64,000 nucleotides of DNA from Vicinamibacterales bacterium (GTDB lineage: Bacteria > Acidobacteriota > Vicinamibacteria > Vicinamibacterales > UBA2999), in the NCBI GenBank assembly GCA_050249615.1, contig JBFWQE010000006.1, positions 4,539 to 68,538 of the forward strand. Reading direction: 5' to 3'. Position numbers and translations under genes: made by a program. Positions 37,535 to 45,641 of this stretch are shown piece by piece. Under the pieces are notes generated by a model. It did not search any database, had not been told where the DNA came from, and saw nothing but the letters and a program-made list of their open reading frames with translations. The first letter of the stretch is position 1. Each line of letters begins with the position of its first letter.

Positions 37535-38484
37535 GGCGCGCCCAGCCGGTCGCCGGGCCGGAGCGCATGGCCGGCGAGGAAGGTGCGGGCCGGGAGCACC
37601 TTGCCACCCTCGGCCTGCAGTTCGATCACGTCGAGGATGCCGTCGCCGGTGGCGACCCGCAGTCCCTCGGCCGCGCTGGCGGTGACGATCGTGCCCGGCA
37701 CGGCGGGAGCGCTCCCGGTGACGACGCCGGTGCGGTGCAGGATCAAGCGGCCGCCGGGCCCGGAGGTGAACGCGTGCGGCCACGGATGCAGGGCGCGGAC
37801 CTGGTTGTGAATGGCGCGTGCGGGCCGGGCCCAGTCGATCAGGCCCTCCTCCTTCTTCAGGCGGGGTGCGTAGGTCGCGTCCGCGTCGTTCTGTGCCACT
37901 TCGGCAACAGGCCCCGCGGCCATGCGGTCCACGGTCTCGACGAGCAGCCGGGCGCCCGCCCGGGCGAGCAGGCGCTCCACTTCGTCGGTGCGATCGTCGG
38001 GGCCAATCGGCACGCGAACGGTGGCGAGCATCGCCCCGGCATCGAGCGCCTTGACCACGCGCATGATCGTCACGCCCGTTTCCGGATCGCCGTTCATGAC
38101 CGCCCGGTGAATCGGCGACGCGCCGCGATAACGTGGCAGCAGCGAGGCGTGGACGTTGACGAGCCCGCGGCTCGGCAGCGCAAGGAGCCAGTCGGGCAGG
38201 ATCTGTCCGTACGCCGTCACGACGCCGAGGTCGATGGCGAAGCGCGACAACTCGGCTTCCCACGGATCGCGGGTGAGCTTCTCGGGCTGGAGCACCGGCA
38301 GGCCGTGCGCGAGCGCCACCAGCTTCACGGGGCTCGACGACACGCGGTTGCCGCGCCCGCGCGGCCGGTCGGGCTGGGTGACGACCAGGACCACCTCGTG
38401 CGACGAATGGAGCAGGGCCTCCAGCGAGGGAACGGCGAACTCCGGGGTTCCGAAGAAGGCAATGCGCACGCGCGCCCTCACCAC
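37531..38484 (-). CDS. fmt: Methionyl-tRNA formyltransferase
   Basis: Motifs are IAFFGTPEFAV and HASLLPRYRGASPI. GTG candidates lie at 38484, 38481 and 38469, so the start is ambiguous. Confidence 0.93.
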   Translation of the reverse strand: MVRARVRIAFFGTPEFAVPSLEALLHSSHEVVLVVTQPDRPRGRGNRVSSSPVKLVALAHGLPVLQPEKLTRDPWEAELSRFAIDLGVVTAYGQILPDWLLALPSRGLVNVHASLLPRYRGASPIHRAVMNGDPETGVTIMRVVKALDAGAMLATVRVPIGPDDRTDEVERLLARAGARLLVETVDRMAAGPVAEVAQNDADATYAPRLKKEEGLIDWARPARAIHNQVRALHPWPHAFTSGPGGRLILHRTGVVTGSAPAVPGTIVTASAAEGLRVATGDGILDVIELQAEGGKVLPARTFLAGHALRPGDRLGAP

Positions 38485-38987
38485 TTGCCCGCGCGCGCGA
38501 GCTTGCGGACCTTGCGCACGATGAGGTCGCGCTTGATGCCTCGCAGGCGATCCACGAACAACCGGCCGTCGAGGTGATCCATCTCGTGCTGGAGAGCACG
38601 CGCGAGCAGGCCTGTGCCCTCGACGGTGTGCTCCTCACCCTGTCGATTCAGGCCCCGGACAACGGCCCGGGCCGGGCGGGGCACGGTCGCGTTGAAGCCG
38701 GGAAGCGACAGGCAACCCTCCTCCTCGAGCTGCATTCCCTCGCGCTCCACCCACTCGGGGTTGATCATCGTGATGAGCGCCCTCGCGTCGCGGCCGACCG
38801 ACAGGTCAATGACGAAGATGCGCAGCGACACGCCAATCTGCGGGGCGGCGAGCCCGATTCCCGGCGCCGCGTACATCGTTTCGACCATGTCGTCGAGCAG
38901 GCGCTCGATGTCCGTCGTGATCGCGGCGACGGGCTCGGCCGGCGCCTGGAGGAGGGTGTCGCCGAGCCTGAGAATGGGGCGGATCAT
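38478..38987 (-). CDS. def: Peptide deformylase
   Basis: Motifs are GIGLAAPQIG, EGCLSLPG and HEMDHLDG. Confidence 0.96.
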   Translation of the reverse strand: MIRPILRLGDTLLQAPAEPVAAITTDIERLLDDMVETMYAAPGIGLAAPQIGVSLRIFVIDLSVGRDARALITMINPEWVEREGMQLEEEGCLSLPGFNATVPRPARAVVRGLNRQGEEHTVEGTGLLARALQHEMDHLDGRLFVDRLRGIKRDLIVRKVRKLARAGKW

Positions 38988-38993
38988 CGGGGC

Positions 38994-40226
38994 TCAGACT
39001 TCGGCGCGGAGGTTGGCGCCGCGGCGCCGCGCCCGGCCGTGGATCTGGGCCTCGGCAGCCTGCACGCGTGACTGGATCTGCCGCACGGTGTCGCCGCCGA
39101 ACCGCTCGAGCACGGCCTCGGCGAGGACGAGCGCCACCATCGCCTCGCCGACGACGGCGGCGGCGGGCACGGCGCACACGTCGCTGCGCTCGATGGCGGC
39201 CGGCGCGTCCTCGATGGTCGTCAGGTCCACGGATCGCAGGGGCTTCATCAGCGTGGCGATGGGCTTCATGAAGCCGGTGACCCGCACGTCCTCACCGTTG
39301 GTGACGCCCCCCTCGAGCCCGCCAGCGCGATTGGTGGGGCGGGCCAGGCGGCGCTCGCCGTCGGCGGCCTCGACGACGACGATCTCGTCGTGCACCTGCG
39401 AGCCGGGGCGCCGCGCGGCCTCGACACCCTCGCCGATGGCCACGGCCTTGACCGCGTGGATGGACATCACCGCGCGCGCGAGGCGCCCATCGAGCTTGCG
39501 ATCCCAGTGCACGTAGCTGCCCAGCCCGATCGGCACCCGGTGTGCGACGACCTCGAACGCGCCCCCGACCGTGTCGCCCGCCTCCCGTGCGCGGTCGATC
39601 GCCGCAATCATCTCGGCCTCGGCGGCGGCGTCCACGCAGCGCAGCTGCGAGCCGGGGGCGATCGCCCGGATCTGCTCGAACGGCACGGCGGCGGCTGCCG
39701 GCAGGCCCGCCCCGCCAATGCTGATCACGTGGCTGGCGATCTCGACGCCGATCGCCCGGAGGAGTTGTCGCGCGATGGCGCCGGCGGCGACGCGCGCGGC
39801 CGTTTCGCGGGCGCTGGCGCGCTCGAGCACGTCGCGGATGTCCTCGTGCTCGTACTTGAGCGCGCCGGCCAGATCCGCGTGACCGGGGCGCGGCCGCACG
39901 ACGCGCGCGCGCCGGGCGCCCGTCGCCCCCGGCGGCACCTCGGCCTCGACGTGCATGGTGGCCTGCCAGTTCTCCCAGTCGCGGTTGCGAACGATCATCG
40001 ACACGGGTGCGCCGGTCGTTCGTCCGCGGCGCACGCCGGAGAGGATCTCCGCGCGATCCGACTCGATGGCCATGCGCCGTCCCCGGCCGTAGCCGCCTTG
40101 CCGCTGCCGCAGATCGTGGGCGAGCGCCTCGAAATCCAGGGGCAGGCCAGCCGGCACGCCTTCGAGGATGACGACGAGACCCTGGCCGTGTGATTCGCCA
40201 GCAGTCAGAAATCGCAGCATCGCCAC
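38994..40226 (-). CDS. aroC: Chorismate synthase
   Basis: Motifs are FLTAGESHG, GGYGRGRRM and RSDVCAVPAA. The start may be the third codon (MLRF, 40220). Confidence 0.95.
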   Translation of the reverse strand: MAMLRFLTAGESHGQGLVVILEGVPAGLPLDFEALAHDLRQRQGGYGRGRRMAIESDRAEILSGVRRGRTTGAPVSMIVRNRDWENWQATMHVEAEVPPGATGARRARVVRPRPGHADLAGALKYEHEDIRDVLERASARETAARVAAGAIARQLLRAIGVEIASHVISIGGAGLPAAAAVPFEQIRAIAPGSQLRCVDAAAEAEMIAAIDRAREAGDTVGGAFEVVAHRVPIGLGSYVHWDRKLDGRLARAVMSIHAVKAVAIGEGVEAARRPGSQVHDEIVVVEAADGERRLARPTNRAGGLEGGVTNGEDVRVTGFMKPIATLMKPLRSVDLTTIEDAPAAIERSDVCAVPAAAVVGEAMVALVLAEAVLERFGGDTVRQIQSRVQAAEAQIHGRARRRGANLRAEV

Positions 40227-40330
40227 GCGATTTTATCCGAAGTTTCTGCCAGCCTCCTGCCGCTCACTGTCCCTAAGTCGTTGACCGCCCACGCCGCGCC
40301 GGTCGGCGACGACGTTGCAGCCGCCAGGGC

Positions 40331-42664
40331 ATGCTGCTGATCGATCGCTTCCTCCAGGCGGGCGGGACTGCGCTGGATCTCGCCACGGGACAGACCGTCC
40401 GCATCCGGGTGGTTCCAGCGCCCTCGACGACGGCGCTCTTCAGCCGCCGCGGATCGTCGTGCCTCATCGACGCCGCGCCACGGTCGTCCCGCACATTTGT
40501 CGAGGCGTGGGAGCGCTGGGGCGACGGGCCGGTCGCCGACCCGTTGCCCATCGACGGCGTGCTCGCGGCCATGGCCGACGCCCGAGACGGCCATCCGCGC
40601 GCGGTGGACGTGACGGCAGCCGACGGCGATCAGTGGCGCCGCGCCGCCCATGACATCGCGCGTGCGGCAAGGGAGGCGGGCTTCGTCCCCATCGGTGCGG
40701 ACGTGCTGGGCGAGTTGCTGCGCGCCGCACGGTGGCAATGGCCTCGGTGGCTGGCCGACCGCGCGCTCGTGGTGCTCACCTGCGATGGGTGTCTCTCGGC
40801 GCCCGCAACCCTGGCCCTGCTCCGTCTGGCGTCGCGGGATGCGCGCCCTCACCTGGTGATCCGCGGCGCCACGAGCGTTCTGCATCGGCCGACACGGCTG
40901 GTGCGCCTCTCGTCGGTCGTCCACGAGGGGCCTGGCGAGGGGCCCGAGGAGCCCGCCCGCCCGGAGGCCCTGGCCGAGCGGGCCTGGCAGGCCGCCGAGG
41001 CCGGCGAGAACGGGCTTGCGATCCGCGCGGCGGCACGCTGGGCCGTCATGCTGGCGCCCACGGCCGACACCGAGGCGCGCGCGCGCGCGGCCCTGGCGCA
41101 CACGCTCATTTGCGAAGGGCGGACCCTGGAGGCCCGCGCGGCGCTCGCGCCGGGCGTGCTGTCGTTGCCTCACCTGTCACCCGAGGCCTCGGCGTCGGTG
41201 CGCACGATGCAGGATCGCCTGCGGGTCGCGGAGGAGCCACGCCACGGCGACCGCGGGCTCACCGACGACTTCCTGCGCGTGCTGGAGGTCTGCCAGGCGG
41301 TCGAGGACGAGGCGATGGCGCTCGGCCGGCTCCTGGTCCTGCTGCGCGATCGGCTCGGGGCCAGCGGGCTCGCCTTCGTGGTGGAGGAATCGGGACGGCG
41401 CCACGTTCTGTGCCACCTCGGGGCGTCGGACGGGGACATGCGCGCCGCCGGGCGGACGCTGGCCAGTGGCCACGCCACGTTGCCGGAGGCGTCGGCGCCG
41501 GATGGCGACGGCGCCTGGCCGGTGAGGTATGGCGGGCTCGTGATCGGCGCGCTCTGGTGCCGCTGGTCCACCGGGCTCCCGGTCCTCGCCACCGACGCGC
41601 ATGCGCTGATGAAGGTGGCCGCGCTTGCGTCGGCGCCGATGGTGCACGCCGTCCACGAGCGCGGACAGGCCGCGGCCGCGTCGCCGGACATCCCGGGCCT
41701 GGTCGGAGAGAGCGACCTCATGCGGGACATCCGCGCCGCGCTGCTCCGGGCCGCCCGATCTCCGTTCCCGGTGCTCATCGAAGGGGAGAGCGGCTCGGGA
41801 AAGGAGCTGGTGGCGCGCGCCATCCATCGCGCCAGCCCGAGGCGCGATCGGCGCTTCTCGGCGCTCAACTGCGCCGCCTTGTCCGAGGAGCTGGCCGAGG
41901 CCGAGCTCTTCGGGCACGCAAGGGGCGCGTTCACCGGCGCCGTGGTCGAACGTGCCGGCCTGTTCGAGGAAGCCAACGGCGGCACGTTGTTCCTGGACGA
42001 AGTGTCGGAGCTGTCGGCGCGTATCCAGGCGAAGCTGCTCCGGGTGCTGCAGGAACACGAGGTCCGCCGCGTCGGCGAGGCGCACGTGCGGCGCATCGAC
42101 GTGCGCATCGTCGCGGCCACCAACAAGCCGCTCGCCGCCGAAGTCGAGGCCGGGCGCTTCCGCAGGGACCTGCGGTACCGGCTTGACGTGGTGCGCCTCA
42201 CCATTCCGCCGCTGCGCGAGCGGCTCGAGGACATCCCGGCCCTCGTGCGCCATGTGTGGGCGTCCCTGTGCGAGAAGACCGGGAGCCGCGCCGTCCTCTC
42301 GGCGGCCGCCATGGCCGCCCTCGGCCGCTACGACTGGCCGGGCAACGTGCGCGAACTGCAGAACGTGCTGGCATCGGTCATCGTCACCAGCCCGCCGCGC
42401 GGGTTGCTGCCGATGAGCCAGCTCCCCGCCCACGTGGCCCGCACGGCGGCGCTCGCCGACGGGCGCACGCTGGCCGACGCTCGCCGGGACTTCGAGTCGC
42501 GATATGTCAGGGCGGCACTGGCGCGTGCCGGCGGCCGTCACGGCGCGGCGGCGCGCGAGCTGGGCGTGTCGAGGCAGGGACTGGCGAAGCTGCTGGCGCG
42601 CCTCGGGCTGTCATGCGAGGCACGCGGCCACGAGGCCCGCGCGCAGGCGCTCAGGGGCGCGTGA
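40331..42664 (+). CDS. Sigma-54-dependent transcriptional activator (bEBP) with long uncharacterised N-terminal region and GAF-like domain
   Basis: AAA+ core has GESGSGKE, ELFGH, GAFTGA and RVGE..V..DVRIVAATN. The C-terminus has a Fis-type HTH (AAARELGVSRQGLAKLL). No receiver domain is present. Residues 1 to about 330 show no motif I recognise. Confidence 0.88.
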   Translation: MLLIDRFLQAGGTALDLATGQTVRIRVVPAPSTTALFSRRGSSCLIDAAPRSSRTFVEAWERWGDGPVADPLPIDGVLAAMADARDGHPRAVDVTAADGDQWRRAAHDIARAAREAGFVPIGADVLGELLRAARWQWPRWLADRALVVLTCDGCLSAPATLALLRLASRDARPHLVIRGATSVLHRPTRLVRLSSVVHEGPGEGPEEPARPEALAERAWQAAEAGENGLAIRAAARWAVMLAPTADTEARARAALAHTLICEGRTLEARAALAPGVLSLPHLSPEASASVRTMQDRLRVAEEPRHGDRGLTDDFLRVLEVCQAVEDEAMALGRLLVLLRDRLGASGLAFVVEESGRRHVLCHLGASDGDMRAAGRTLASGHATLPEASAPDGDGAWPVRYGGLVIGALWCRWSTGLPVLATDAHALMKVAALASAPMVHAVHERGQAAAASPDIPGLVGESDLMRDIRAALLRAARSPFPVLIEGESGSGKELVARAIHRASPRRDRRFSALNCAALSEELAEAELFGHARGAFTGAVVERAGLFEEANGGTLFLDEVSELSARIQAKLLRVLQEHEVRRVGEAHVRRIDVRIVAATNKPLAAEVEAGRFRRDLRYRLDVVRLTIPPLRERLEDIPALVRHVWASLCEKTGSRAVLSAAAMAALGRYDWPGNVRELQNVLASVIVTSPPRGLLPMSQLPAHVARTAALADGRTLADARRDFESRYVRAALARAGGRHGAAARELGVSRQGLAKLLARLGLSCEARGHEARAQALRGA

Positions 42665-44048
42665 GCCCGGGAGCGACGCGCCGCCGGAGCGCCAGCAACG
42701 CGCGGTCGGCCGGCGCGATCCGCAGCCCGTCGTCCACTGCCGCACGCGCGCGGGAGAGGTCGCCGCCGGCAAGGGCCGCCTCGGCCAGCAGCGCGAGGCG
42801 CCGGGGAGTCGGCTCGTCCTCAGCCAGCGCGCGCTCGAGCCAGCGGACCGCCGTGAGCGGCTCGCCGACACGGGCGGAGAGCGCGGCGATGTCGGTGGCC
42901 ACGGCGGCCAGCGGCCCCCGGTCGCCCACCAGCGCCACGTACCGCAGCAGGGCATCGCGCGCCTCCAGCAGGCGCCCCTGGCGCTCGCTCACCTGCGCGA
43001 GGCGCCGGAAGGCGTCGGGCACCACGGGCAGCCGCTCCACGGCCTGGCGCAGGACGCGCTCGGCGGCTGACAGGTCCCCGGCGAGGATCCACGCGCGCCC
43101 GAGGTCGCCCAGAGCCGCGCTGCTGCTGCTCGAGTAGGTGGCGGCGTGTGTCAGGGCCTCGAGGGCCTTCATCAGTGCCACGCGGTCGGCCCGCCGCTCG
43201 GCCATCTCGAGCCAGACGTGCCCGAGCGCCTCGTAAGCCAACGGCGCCTCGGGAAACCGTTCCACGGCCCGCCCGAGCACCAGAACGGCCTGGTTGTCCC
43301 TGCCGGCGCCGGCCTGGGCGAGCCCCAGGGCCACGAGGCGCTCGGGCCGATCGGGATCCAGGGTGGTCAGGGCCTCGAGCTGGTCGATCGCCCGCTGGCG
43401 CTCGCCGAGCGCGGTATAGACCTCAGCCAGGGCTTCGCGCGGGCCCGGCGCGGCGGGCGCCTGCTTGACGACGGCTTCGAGCGTGGCGCGCGCAGCGGCC
43501 AGCTGGCCGAGATCCCGCTGGCACAGGCCCAGCAGGAAGCGAGCGTCGTGCAGGGTGGCATCGAGTGAGACTGCCGTCTCCAGCGCCCCGGCCGCCTCCC
43601 TGGCCCAGCCTGCGCGATACTGCGCCACGGCCAGCTTGTAGAGCACGCGCGGACTGCGATCGTCGATGGCGATGACACGCCGGAAGTAGTCGGCCGCACG
43701 GTCGTGCCGGCCGAGTTCCAGGCTGATGTCGCCCAGCCATTCCAGCGGGCGGGTGGCTGACGGGTCCAGCTCGGCCGCCCGGTGCAGGTCGCGCAGCGCC
43801 GCCTCGGCCTCTCCCCGCAGTTGGTAGACCCGGCCCCGTTTCAGGTAGGGCACCATGGCGTCGGGCACCAGAGCCAGAGCGCCGCTGTACGCCTCGAGCG
43901 CTTCGAAGGGCCGTCCCGTGGCCGCTGCCTCATCGCCCGCAGCCACCAGGCGCACGAACTCGCGCTCGGTCGTGAACGACGAGTAGGCCAGCGCCCCGAC
44001 CACTCCGGCCGCAGCCACCAAAGCCAGCGCAAGCAGCGTCCGGCGCAT
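42651..44048 (-). CDS. TPR-repeat protein with N-terminal membrane anchor
   Basis: Starts MRRTLLALALVAAAGVVGALAY at 44048, followed by many 34-aa TPR-like repeats. The 3' end overlaps the bEBP gene by 14 nt (convergent). Confidence 0.75.
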   Translation of the reverse strand: MRRTLLALALVAAAGVVGALAYSSFTTEREFVRLVAAGDEAAATGRPFEALEAYSGALALVPDAMVPYLKRGRVYQLRGEAEAALRDLHRAAELDPSATRPLEWLGDISLELGRHDRAADYFRRVIAIDDRSPRVLYKLAVAQYRAGWAREAAGALETAVSLDATLHDARFLLGLCQRDLGQLAAARATLEAVVKQAPAAPGPREALAEVYTALGERQRAIDQLEALTTLDPDRPERLVALGLAQAGAGRDNQAVLVLGRAVERFPEAPLAYEALGHVWLEMAERRADRVALMKALEALTHAATYSSSSSAALGDLGRAWILAGDLSAAERVLRQAVERLPVVPDAFRRLAQVSERQGRLLEARDALLRYVALVGDRGPLAAVATDIAALSARVGEPLTAVRWLERALAEDEPTPRRLALLAEAALAGGDLSRARAAVDDGLRIAPADRALLALRRRVAPGLTRP

Positions 44049-44080
44049 CTCCCGAGGATGGTAGCAGACCCGGGCGGGCC

Positions 44081-44109
44081 GGAACTTTCGGTCCCGGACG
44101 GGTTCTAAT
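44081..44109 (+). promoter_or_regulatory. Candidate ECF-type promoter (GGAACTT-N16-TCTAAT) upstream of the ECF sigma gene
   Basis: GGAACTT lies at 44081-44087, followed by a 16-nt spacer and TCTAAT at 44104-44109. This resembles the RpoE-like GGAACTT / TCTRA consensus typical of autoregulated ECF operons. Confidence 0.45.
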
Positions 44110-44124
44110 TGTTCTACACTGACC

Positions 44125-44760
44125 ATGAGTCCACGACTTGTCGCCGAGGTACTCGTGAAAGAAGCAGGCGCACTCGGATGGTCTGAGGTAGCCAGCGGGG
44201 AAGCGGCGCTCATCCAGCGCTGTGCCGCCGGCGAAGAAGTGGCGTGCGCCGAGCTCGTGGCTGGCCACGAACGCATGGTCTACACGCTCGCGCTGCATCT
44301 GCTGGGCGATCGCGACGAGGCCCTGGATCTCTCCCAGGAGGTCTTTCTCAGGGTGTTCCGCACCCTGCACTCGTTCCGTGGGCAGTCCGCCCTCAAGACC
44401 TGGATCTACCGCATCGTCGTCAACCAGGCGCGCAACCGCCAGCGGTTCTGGCGGCGGCGCCGGCGGGCGGACCAGGTGTCGCTCGACCAGCACGTGGCCG
44501 ACCACGGCGACCTGCGGCAGCCCGGTGACGGAAGCTCCCCCGATCGCGCGTTTGCGCGCAAGGAGCTGGCCTCGAAACTGTGGTCAGCCTTGAACGCGCT
44601 GCCCTTCGACCAGCGCACGGTGGTCGTGCTGCGGGAAATCGACGGGCTGAGTTACGACGAGATTGCATTCTCGCTGGGTGTCGCCGTCGGCACGGTGAAG
44701 TCGCGCCTGACGCGGGCGCGGCAGGTGCTGCGGCACCAGCTGAGGGAGAGCCGGACATGA
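44125..44760 (+). CDS. ECF (sigma-70 family group 4) RNA polymerase sigma factor
   Basis: Region 2 is DLSQEVFLRVFRTLHSFRGQSALKTWIYRIVVNQARN and region 4 is VVVLREIDGLSYDEIAFSLGVAVGTVKSRLTRAR. An alternative GTG start at 44155 has GAGG upstream. Confidence 0.9.
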   Translation: MSPRLVAEVLVKEAGALGWSEVASGEAALIQRCAAGEEVACAELVAGHERMVYTLALHLLGDRDEALDLSQEVFLRVFRTLHSFRGQSALKTWIYRIVVNQARNRQRFWRRRRRADQVSLDQHVADHGDLRQPGDGSSPDRAFARKELASKLWSALNALPFDQRTVVVLREIDGLSYDEIAFSLGVAVGTVKSRLTRARQVLRHQLRESRT

Positions 44761-45641
44761 TGCACGCCGTCTCCTGCGAGGCGGTGCAGGACCGCCTCGA
44801 GGAGTTTCACGACGACGAGTTGACGCTCGAGGAGCGCGTAGCCATCCAGGGCCACTTGCGCGACTGCGTGACGTGCGCCTTGGTGGCCGCCGAACTCGAA
44901 GAGGTGCGCGAGTCGCTCCGCGACATGGCGCTGGCGCTCCCGGATCGCACCGCCCCGGAGGCCGATCGGCTGTCGCGACGCGTGGTCGAGCGCGTGCGCG
45001 TCGAGGCCCAGTTCTCGTGGCGGGCCGAGGTCCGCGCCTTGTTCCAGGACATGCACCTCGTGTGGGCGGCGCTCGGCGCCACGGCGGCAACGCTGGTGTG
45101 CCTCGCGGGGTCGGTCAGCGTGCTGCACGCCGCGAGCCAGGAGCGCCCCGACTCGCTGGCCGGTCTCATCACGTTCCTCGCCAATCCCGGCTCGAACGAG
45201 AACCCCGTCCGCCTCGACAGCCGGATGCTCGCCCCCCGATCGCGGACCGACGCCGAAACCTTCGCACCCCTCCCGTCCGACGATGCGGTGCTCGCGCTGT
45301 CGGCAGTGGTCACGCGCGAGGGCCGGGTCCAGAATCTCGAGCTCCTCAGGTCGAGCCGCGCACTCGACGTGAAGGTCAGGCCCGATGTCCTGCTGGCCAT
45401 GCTGGATGCGGCCGCGCGGATGGAGTTCGAGCCGGCCCAGGCGGGCGGCGCGCCCGTTGCCGTCAGCATGGTCTGGGTGCTCGCCAGCACCACGGTCAAG
45501 GGAAGCTCCAGTGACGACGTCGTGCTCGTCAGGCGGCGTGTGGATCCCGCCGGCGCAGCCGAGGGGCCGATGCCGCCCAAACCCGTGACGCCCGCGCCCG
45601 CGGTGGCCCGTCCCACCACGGACGACATGTCGGCAATCTAG
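44757..45641 (+). CDS. Anti-sigma factor (zf-HC2) with TM helix and TonB_C-like C-terminal domain
   Basis: ATGA overlap with the sigma gene. The zinc-finger motif is HLRDCVTCA, with one TM helix (LVWAALGATAATLVCLAGSV). The C-terminal REGRVQNLELL...AARMEFEPAQAGGAPVAVSMVWVL resembles a TonB C-terminal fold. Confidence 0.8.
   Translation: MMHAVSCEAVQDRLEEFHDDELTLEERVAIQGHLRDCVTCALVAAELEEVRESLRDMALALPDRTAPEADRLSRRVVERVRVEAQFSWRAEVRALFQDMHLVWAALGATAATLVCLAGSVSVLHAASQERPDSLAGLITFLANPGSNENPVRLDSRMLAPRSRTDAETFAPLPSDDAVLALSAVVTREGRVQNLELLRSSRALDVKVRPDVLLAMLDAAARMEFEPAQAGGAPVAVSMVWVLASTTVKGSSSDDVVLVRRRVDPAGAAEGPMPPKPVTPAPAVARPTTDDMSAI

Noticed and set aside
40227-40330. TGGCAG word upstream of aroC as a sigma-54 promoter.
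   Set aside because: No GC dinucleotide lies at the required -12 spacing.
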